DNA of 64,000 nucleotides from an uncultured virus (IMG/VR IMGVR_UViG_3300006916_000047). Its lineage: Duplodnaviria; Heunggongvirae; Uroviricota; Caudoviricetes. The stretch lies in the IMG/VR virus record IMGVR_UViG_3300006916_000047. One strand, given 5' to 3'. Under the pieces are notes generated by a model. The model did not search any database. It saw nothing but the letters and a program-made list of their open reading frames with translations, and was not told the origin of the DNA. Of this stretch, positions 57,549 through 64,000 are shown one piece after another. A program made the position numbers and the translations under genes. Position 1 is the first letter of the stretch; every line of letters starts with the position of its first letter.

Positions 57549-60340
57549 AAACGGAAGACTTAACACCGACTGAAATTAAAGAATGGGCAAATTCTCGGTT
57601 AGACCGACCCCTAAGAAGAAAATTACAAGCCAAATACAAGGATAGGCTGCGCCAAACATATTCGGGACTGGATAAGAAAGGGCAAAATGAAAAAATTATT
57701 GATTTCTTTGCTGATTTGAATGCTCTTGCTGGCGAAGGTGGGACGCAAAGGGCCTCCCCATTTGCCCAAACAGGGTCAATTTTTTACGAATTGATGAACA
57801 AGTTAAGCCTCGTTGATGCTAAGGGAAAAGCCCTTACCAAAAATAAATTTGAGCAAGGTTCAGGGATTGGACTGAGGGGAAGAATTAGAGTGAAGAGTCC
57901 CGACCTTTCTATTTTTTCTAACGAAAGAGGGGTTATGTTCACCCGTAAAAATGTAGAACAAAACTACCAAGAATATTTGACGAGCCTTGAAAAGGAAAAG
58001 AGAGAAAATGTCATTTCTACGGTTCAAAAAATTAAAAATGCAATGAAAGATACTGCCGCAGTTGAAAGAGCAAAGAAGCGAAGTAAGTTGATTAGAATAG
58101 ACAAATCTAAATTCTTGGGAGCAACGGACTTTTCAAAAGCCAGCACAAGAGAACGAGTTTATGATTTTTGGGAAAGCGTTGCCCCTAAATATAAAAAGGT
58201 GCAATCTACTCTTAATAAACTACTTACAGAAGCAACAAATACTGATGTTTATGCTTTGATGTTGGAAGATGTTGAAAAAGAAACGGCTAAATTAGAATCA
58301 ATAGAAGACAAAGAAAGCAAAGAATTTCAGGCTCAACAAATTGTTTTACAAGATGTTAAAACCAACATTGAGAGAAAGAAAAGTCAATTTGATAGCGACC
58401 TTAGCGCATTAAAGCAGCAAATAGAAAAGGCCAACCTTGAATATTTGGTGAGAATAGACAAGGTAAAGGTTCCTTTCAAGGTTGGTGCATGGGACAGAAT
58501 GCTTGACGCTATCGCTCGGTATGAAAATGCAGAATCAGTGATTGCATTTGGAAAAGAAAAGGGCAAAGAAACTTCCGAAGAAGGACAAGGCATGAGAACC
58601 ATGGAAGAGGCGGCAATGGCTGGATATTATGCAGGTGAAACGGACGCGGGGGGAAAAATTACAGCACAGCCTTTCTTTAATGCTCCTTCCAAGGATGATG
58701 AGTATTCCGGTGCAACAATGCAAGATGCTTCAATTGGTGAGGAAGGGTTTCAAGCAGACGATAGCATAGTAGAAGATGCTCAAGACAGATTACAAAGAGC
58801 CTCTACTGAGGGTCTTGACCCTCTTCTCGCCATTGAATCTATTGGCAATAAAAAACTAATTTCATTGGATGAAGAAAGCAAGACTATGATGCAGGAATTG
58901 GTTAAAGAATTGCGACAAGGAACAGACTTGGAATTTATCTCTCAAGCGGATAAATGGCTTGATGAACTGGAAGAAAGTTATCTTTTAGACAGGGACACCT
59001 ATGTTTTACCTATGGCTGTTTTTAAATCCGAAAGAGCGCAGGGGCTAAAAATTAAAACTTTGCCAACAGCAACAGAGGGAAAAAATTACAGCACTACCGA
59101 AGACGAAGTAGAAATCGTAGATGAAGTCGTTGCGCAAAGAACAACAGTGGATGGCAAAAAAGAAGATATCACAGAAGCAAAGGCGGTGCTTAAACCGAAA
59201 GGGGAGGTCATAACTGACTTAAATGGTATCTTTGATGCGATACATACTTTGTTTGTTTCCGAAAGATACTCTTTCTTACGATATTCCCGAACAGATGTGG
59301 CTGGAAGAACAACTGTTGAACGCAGAGATGCTCAAAAATTAGCGGGTAAGGCTTCAGTTGCACAGCAAAAAGTTCTTAGGTTATTCACAGAGGGAAGAAG
59401 AAAGTCTCCTACTATTCCCGCAAGAAAGGGAAGATTAATTTCGGGTGTTTCCGATACTGATGTTGGTAAGGCATTGGGTGAATTTATTATTGCCTGCAAC
59501 GAATATTATTTTGAGCCTTTCCTAAAAGGAATAACTCCTTTAGCATATCCTAGATTTATGTCTGGTGCTGGAATTAAAGCCTTAACTGCTCTTGCCGATG
59601 AATTAGGGTATGAAACCATGTCTGGCAATGTGGCAAGGAGACTATCCGGTGTGGCGAATGTTCAATTAACTTCTGGGCAAATGGCTTCATTAACTAAATT
59701 TTTAACTAAAATGGATGAAGTAGTCGTGGTAGAACTTAAAACAATTGATTTAGCAGAAAAGGCAGCAAAGGTTTTAACTAAGATTTTTGGTGAAAAGGAA
59801 AAGAATTTGGATACCGTTTCTGCCATCCTTTATCATTTTATGGAGCAGACGAAAGAGGGAAGAGAACATAATTTAGCATCAAGAAAAATGAAAGGTGATG
59901 ATGAAACAATTAGAAGTAGAGCAAAGAGTTTTGGTAAATCTAAGAACCCAATGAGTTATCCTATCTTCGCACTCTATTTGTTCTTAGAAACTAATCAAGG
60001 TCTTCTCACTAGAAATAAAGCCCTAGATACTCAATATCAAAAACTTATGAAAACTTTGACGGAAGTTGAGGATGAGATGCCTGAGATTCTTAACAAATTG
60101 CTAAAGGCGCACAATGAAATTAGAAAGGCATTGGGCAAAGAAGTCGTGAGGCCAAGGTTTAGATTCAATCACGAGGGCTTTGATAATATTGTGGATTTGA
60201 TGCACAAGCAACAAGGTATTGATTTAAGTCATCTTGAAGTTGAAAATATTGTGAAGACTGTTGATTCTCATGCCAGTATTGGAAAGGAATACGGTATTAC
60301 CGAAGAACAAGTGTACCTAATCAAGGCTCATGTTAGGTGA
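57545..60340 (+). CDS. Large helical hypothetical protein (candidate internal virion protein)
   Basis: 931 aa, K/E-rich, head-module context; no recognisable catalytic motif. Confidence 0.6.
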   Translation: MKTEDLTPTEIKEWANSRLDRPLRRKLQAKYKDRLRQTYSGLDKKGQNEKIIDFFADLNALAGEGGTQRASPFAQTGSIFYELMNKLSLVDAKGKALTKNKFEQGSGIGLRGRIRVKSPDLSIFSNERGVMFTRKNVEQNYQEYLTSLEKEKRENVISTVQKIKNAMKDTAAVERAKKRSKLIRIDKSKFLGATDFSKASTRERVYDFWESVAPKYKKVQSTLNKLLTEATNTDVYALMLEDVEKETAKLESIEDKESKEFQAQQIVLQDVKTNIERKKSQFDSDLSALKQQIEKANLEYLVRIDKVKVPFKVGAWDRMLDAIARYENAESVIAFGKEKGKETSEEGQGMRTMEEAAMAGYYAGETDAGGKITAQPFFNAPSKDDEYSGATMQDASIGEEGFQADDSIVEDAQDRLQRASTEGLDPLLAIESIGNKKLISLDEESKTMMQELVKELRQGTDLEFISQADKWLDELEESYLLDRDTYVLPMAVFKSERAQGLKIKTLPTATEGKNYSTTEDEVEIVDEVVAQRTTVDGKKEDITEAKAVLKPKGEVITDLNGIFDAIHTLFVSERYSFLRYSRTDVAGRTTVERRDAQKLAGKASVAQQKVLRLFTEGRRKSPTIPARKGRLISGVSDTDVGKALGEFIIACNEYYFEPFLKGITPLAYPRFMSGAGIKALTALADELGYETMSGNVARRLSGVANVQLTSGQMASLTKFLTKMDEVVVVELKTIDLAEKAAKVLTKIFGEKEKNLDTVSAILYHFMEQTKEGREHNLASRKMKGDDETIRSRAKSFGKSKNPMSYPIFALYLFLETNQGLLTRNKALDTQYQKLMKTLTEVEDEMPEILNKLLKAHNEIRKALGKEVVRPRFRFNHEGFDNIVDLMHKQQGIDLSHLEVENIVKTVDSHASIGKEYGITEEQVYLIKAHVR

Positions 60341-60344
60341 TGTT

Positions 60345-60857
60345 ATGCCCGAAAACTTCTCTCCATCCGACATTACTTTCAAAGAGATGTCCGAGGAGAA
60401 AGCGGTGAAGGAGTTTCAAAATGATGGCTATTTTGACTATGCAAAGAGGAGGATGCGATATAGAAGCATCCCAAGCGATTCCGTTTGGGCAACATCACCA
60501 GCAAGAATGTTTGTAGCCTATTATGAAAACAAACCAGTGGGAGTTATTGGATTTGCCAAACACAAAAATGTTTTACTTGGTGCGGGTGTCCATGTTCGTA
60601 GTGAATACAGGGGGAGAGGATTAACCACCATTTTGATTGATAAGTTGTTATCGGAGAAAGGCTCAACTACCCTTTACATTAACATAATGAATCCCAATAT
60701 TTCGTCTTCTTACAGAAAAAAGGGGTTTGTTGATATGAACAAAGAAAAATTACCGGAGGACGCAAGAGAAGCCATTGAAGGAATAGGCTTTCAAGACCAA
60801 GTGCAAAAGTGGATGGTTAATTCATCGGGCGGCTGGTTTGGAGAATTAAGGAAGTGA
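60345..60857 (+). CDS. GNAT-family acetyltransferase
   Basis: VHVRSEYRGRGLTT acetyl-CoA motif, YRKKGF; C-terminal WFGELRK. Confidence 0.8.
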   Translation: MPENFSPSDITFKEMSEEKAVKEFQNDGYFDYAKRRMRYRSIPSDSVWATSPARMFVAYYENKPVGVIGFAKHKNVLLGAGVHVRSEYRGRGLTTILIDKLLSEKGSTTLYINIMNPNISSSYRKKGFVDMNKEKLPEDAREAIEGIGFQDQVQKWMVNSSGGWFGELRK

Positions 60858-60861
60858 TAAC

Positions 60862-61065
60862 ATGAGTTGGGAAGAAGTTTTAAAGAAGAAGAAAAAGTCC
60901 ACCGTAAATGCATCGGGTAATTACACTAAGCCAGGTATGCGTAAAAGAATCTTCAATAGAATAAAAGCAGGAACTAAAGGCGGTGCGGCAGGTCAATGGT
61001 CTGCAAGAAAAGCACAAATGGTTGCCGCAGCATACAAAAAGGCAGGTGGTGGCTATAAAAATTAA
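60862..61065 (+). CDS. Basic protein with WxxILK leader (GQWSARKAQ family)
   Basis: MSWEEVLK; NYTKPGMRK...GQWSARKAQ...YKKAGGGYK, a common marine phage motif. Confidence 0.7.
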   Translation: MSWEEVLKKKKKSTVNASGNYTKPGMRKRIFNRIKAGTKGGAAGQWSARKAQMVAAAYKKAGGGYKN

Positions 61066-61330
61066 TTGGCGTAGCATTCTAAAAGCCAAGTCAAAAAGGC
61101 AACGAGATTTATCTACTTGGACTGATGAAGATTGGGGAAGTGCTGAACAGCACAAAGCAAAGGATAAAGGCAAAAAGCCTAAGTCTAAAACCAAGGGACG
61201 CTATATGCCAAAAGCAACCTATCAAAGAACAGATAAGAAAACTCTTCGCTATCAGGATGCAAAGAAAAGAAAGGGCCGAAAGAAAGGACAACAGCATGTC
61301 CCAACAGGAAAGAAGTTTAGTCAAAAGTAA
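61061..61330 (+). CDS. Basic protein with WxxILK leader and probable non-ATG start
   Basis: ATT-AAT-TGG-CGT-AGC-ATT-CTA-AAA (INWRSILK); QRDLSTWTDEDW...GRYMPK. Confidence 0.55.
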   Translation: MNWRSILKAKSKRQRDLSTWTDEDWGSAEQHKAKDKGKKPKSKTKGRYMPKATYQRTDKKTLRYQDAKKRKGRKKGQQHVPTGKKFSQK

Positions 61331-61353
61331 AAGAAAACAAAGGAGATGAGAAC

Positions 61354-61623
61354 ATGACATGGAAAGAGGTATTAAAAAACATATTTGAAGAAGACGCTGA
61401 TGAAATGACGGACTTCATGAACATTAGTCCTAAAATGAAAACAGCAAAATTAGAGCGTCAAATTCTTAGAGAAATAGAAAAAGAAGGTGGGGCGTTAGGT
61501 ATGAAAAACCTAAAACAATTCGGAGAAGAGTCTGAAATTAAAGCCGCACTATCCAAATTAGAAAAAGAAGGAAAGGTCTTTATGCATGAGGATGGAGACA
61601 TTTATACGCATAAGCCGAAGTGA
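61354..61623 (+). CDS. WxxILK-leader protein with winged-helix-like domain
   Basis: MTWKEVLK; ILREIEKEGGALG...LSKLEKEGKV. Confidence 0.65.
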   Translation: MTWKEVLKNIFEEDADEMTDFMNISPKMKTAKLERQILREIEKEGGALGMKNLKQFGEESEIKAALSKLEKEGKVFMHEDGDIYTHKPK

Positions 61624-61627
61624 TTCT

Positions 61628-62203
61628 ATGAATTGGTTTTCTATTCTTAAGAAAGAAAAGTGGCAAGGAACACTTTCTTCAAAGAAAAAGAAGATACTTC
61701 AGCGAAGCCCCAAACTTAAATTAGATATTCCTAAAATGAGTTATCCAAAAGAAGAGACAGAAATTCCTGCTATTCTAAAGGTCATGGAAAAGAAGGAATT
61801 AGACCATAAGCAAATGAAAGATGCTGATTTGAAACCCGATGTTGAAATGTTTAAAATCGCTGGTGTTGATAAAAAAGAATACATGGATTTTATGAAAGAC
61901 ATTAACTATTATGCTCTGTCTCTCAAAATGAAATATCAGCGACCACGCCCATACCAAGTCTCGGACAAAATCTCAACAACAAAGACTAAAACAGACGACA
62001 CACCAGCATTTCCCAGTGGACACTCCATGTTGGCGTATGGATTGGAAAGAGTATTGGGCAAAAGGTTTCCCGAAAAGAAGAAAGAACTCAAAGCGATGGC
62101 TGATAAAATCTCACTATCAAGAATGCAAATGGGAAGCCATTATCCAAGTGATATTCAAGCAGGAAAGAAAATAGGCTATATGTTAGGTGATGCTTATGAA
62201 TGA
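61628..62203 (+). CDS. PAP2/haloperoxidase-superfamily phosphatase with WxxILK leader
   Basis: KMKYQRPRP, PAFPSGHS, SRMQMGSHYPSD; starts MNWFSILK. Confidence 0.85.
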   Translation: MNWFSILKKEKWQGTLSSKKKKILQRSPKLKLDIPKMSYPKEETEIPAILKVMEKKELDHKQMKDADLKPDVEMFKIAGVDKKEYMDFMKDINYYALSLKMKYQRPRPYQVSDKISTTKTKTDDTPAFPSGHSMLAYGLERVLGKRFPEKKKELKAMADKISLSRMQMGSHYPSDIQAGKKIGYMLGDAYE

Positions 62204-62528
62204 TTGGCAAAATGTTCTCAAAAGAAAGAAAGACCCTCGCCTAAAAAGGGCAGGAGTTTCGGGTTTTAACAAACCAAAAAGAACACCAAAGCACCCTAAA
62301 AAATCTCATATTGTTGTAGCAAGAGAAGGAAAGAAAACCAAGACAATTCGCTTTGGGCAACAGGGAGTAAAAACAAATCAAACTGCTGGACAGCGTAGAG
62401 CGTTCAAATCTCGCCATGCTAAGAACATCAAGAGGGGCAAACTTTCTGCGGCATATTGGGCGGATAAAGTAAAATGGAGTCCGAGTAAAACCAAGTCAAA
62501 GAGTAAGAAATGGAAGAAGGGGTCGTAA
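62196..62528 (+). CDS. Highly basic protein with WxxILK-type leader
   Basis: MNDWQNVLK; IRFGQQG...FKSRH...SAAYWA, a common marine phage family. Confidence 0.7.
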   Translation: MNDWQNVLKRKKDPRLKRAGVSGFNKPKRTPKHPKKSHIVVAREGKKTKTIRFGQQGVKTNQTAGQRRAFKSRHAKNIKRGKLSAAYWADKVKWSPSKTKSKSKKWKKGS

Positions 62529-62530
62529 AA

Positions 62531-62764
62531 ATGGTTCGTAAGATGACAGATGATAGGCTAAAACAAGATGGCCGAGAGTTGGTTAAGCAATTAAGCGAAA
62601 TGGCCGACACAATTAACGACATGAAAGAAATCGTGTATGAATTTGTAGGTGGAGAGAATGTTGATTTAGAAGAACTTAAGAGATTACTTTTAGGTTTTGA
62701 TGCAAGAGTTTCTAATATTGAAGGAGCCTTTGCGAATATTTTTAGAAGTGCAAGGGATTCGTGA
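62531..62764 (+). CDS. Hypothetical coiled-coil protein
   Basis: Stop overlaps the terL start. Confidence 0.55.
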   Translation: MVRKMTDDRLKQDGRELVKQLSEMADTINDMKEIVYEFVGGENVDLEELKRLLLGFDARVSNIEGAFANIFRSARDS

Positions 62765-64000
62765 TGGAGTTAGATACATTCAACTTTGAACATGAAATGG
62801 ATATGAAGTTATCCAAAAACTCTTTTCCATACTTCTTTCAAAATGTTCTTGGCTTTGATTTTCCTTCCTACATTCAAGAATGGCACGAATTGATGAACAC
62901 CACGCAAAGAACAGTTATCATTTGTTCACGCGACCACGGTAAATCAGTATTCATGCATTCGTGGGTTGTGTGGAAACTCATTTTTGAAGAGCCTCCTTTT
63001 CAAATGCTTTACATTTCTTCTAACCAAAAGCAGACTCTCGTTCACATGAGGGACATTGATAAAATGTTCACCCATCCGATGCTCAAGAAATTCAAACCTG
63101 CGAGAGGTTGGGCTATCGGAAACATTACCCTCACCAATGGAAACCAAATCCTTGAGCGTTCAGTAGGCTCACAGATTCGTGGTTTGCACCCACAAGAAAT
63201 TGTTATTGACGACCCTTTGAAAGAGTTTAGTATGACTGGTATTCAAAAGGTGACCGATTGGTTTTATGGTGATATGATTCCCACACTTCACCATACCGCT
63301 TCTCTCCGTGTTATTGGAACTCCGTTCTCTTACACGGATATTTATCAGCAACTTGCAGAGAATCCCGCATATACAGTGAGAACATACCCCTGCCTAAATT
63401 CTCTCAATGAACCGTTATGGCCTGACCGTTGGAACTATGAAGCATTGATGGCCCGTAAAGCAGAAGTTGGCTCAATGATGTTCACACGGGAATATATGTG
63501 CGTTCCAATTTCAACAGGAACTTCTCTGTTTAATCCTGAATATTTAGATGCGGCGAAGAACAAGGATTTGGTTCTAAAACCACATCGTAGAGAGGGCATG
63601 AAATACTTTGTAGGTGTAGACCCCGCCATTTCAACAGACGGAGATTACAATGTGATTACTGTTATTGAGATGGACGAAGACGAAAATAAATCTATTATTT
63701 ATGTTGATAGAGCCAAGAATGTTCAGTTCCGAGAAAACATACAGAAGGTCAAAATTATCGGGCAACTATTTCGTCCAGAAGCAATCCTCTTTGAAACAAA
63801 TACTTTTGCCAAATCATTTACTCAAGAATTACGCCAAGTCGCTGATTTAAATATTCACGACTTCAATACCACCAGAAGAAAAAAGCAAGAAATTATTCTT
63901 AATCTTCAAATGACCCTTGAAAATGGTAAAATGAATTTCCCCTACGGCAATGAAGAAAGTCGGCGGGTTTCTTCTACTTTGATTGAGGAGTTATCCATGT
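62764..64000 (+). CDS. terL: Terminase large subunit (truncated by window end; missing from the ORF track)
   Basis: Open from ATG 62764: SRDHGKS (Walker A), IRG, IVIDD (Walker B), VIGTP, LWP..W, FTREY, VGVDPA...DY nuclease motif. Confidence 0.92.
   Translation, partial: MELDTFNFEHEMDMKLSKNSFPYFFQNVLGFDFPSYIQEWHELMNTTQRTVIICSRDHGKSVFMHSWVVWKLIFEEPPFQMLYISSNQKQTLVHMRDIDKMFTHPMLKKFKPARGWAIGNITLTNGNQILERSVGSQIRGLHPQEIVIDDPLKEFSMTGIQKVTDWFYGDMIPTLHHTASLRVIGTPFSYTDIYQQLAENPAYTVRTYPCLNSLNEPLWPDRWNYEALMARKAEVGSMMFTREYMCVPISTGTSLFNPEYLDAAKNKDLVLKPHRREGMKYFVGVDPAISTDGDYNVITVIEMDEDENKSIIYVDRAKNVQFRENIQKVKIIGQLFRPEAILFETNTFAKSFTQELRQVADLNIHDFNTTRRKKQEIILNLQMTLENGKMNFPYGNEESRRVSSTLIEELSM

Noticed and set aside
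55503..60340. Virion RNA polymerase subunits
   Set aside because: No DxDGD or other polymerase motif recognised in either large protein.
1..64000. Cellular chromosome or integrated provirus
   Set aside because: No ribosomal or metabolic housekeeping genes, integrase or att junction; content is viral throughout.

Overview
This window is a 64-kb piece of a tailed dsDNA archaeal virus genome. The gene set (archaeal-type split PolB, AEP primase, sliding clamp, RFC, ATP ligase, TFIIB, chaperonin, terminase) best fits a magrovirus-like virus of Marine Group II Euryarchaeota (Poseidoniales); this assignment is inferred from gene content only. Layout: (i) 1-10501, + strand tail and receptor-binding genes. 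(ii) 10685-43626, a long - strand replication, repair and regulation block, with two histone-fold genes, GroEL/GroES, a dispersed Ubl/E1/JAB/(E2-like) set, TFIIB, UvrD and two tRNAs. (iii) 43627-44365, a non-coding iteron-like region. (iv) 44380-48712, nine short units (mostly one gene each, in both orientations) separated by ten copies of the palindrome CAAAG-Nx-ACCATATGGT-Nx-CTTTG. (v) 48881-64000, + strand head and packaging region, where about 20 otherwise unrelated proteins begin with the same W-x-x-[ILV]-[LIV]-K leader; seven of them sit in a tandem array bounded by a DNA repeat, and the window ends inside the terminase large subunit. The best candidates for undescribed systems are the palindrome-delimited cassette array, the WxxILK leader family and its repeat array, the viral ubiquitin-like conjugation set and the histone-fold pair. 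All calls come from motif recognition by eye; no database searches were run.
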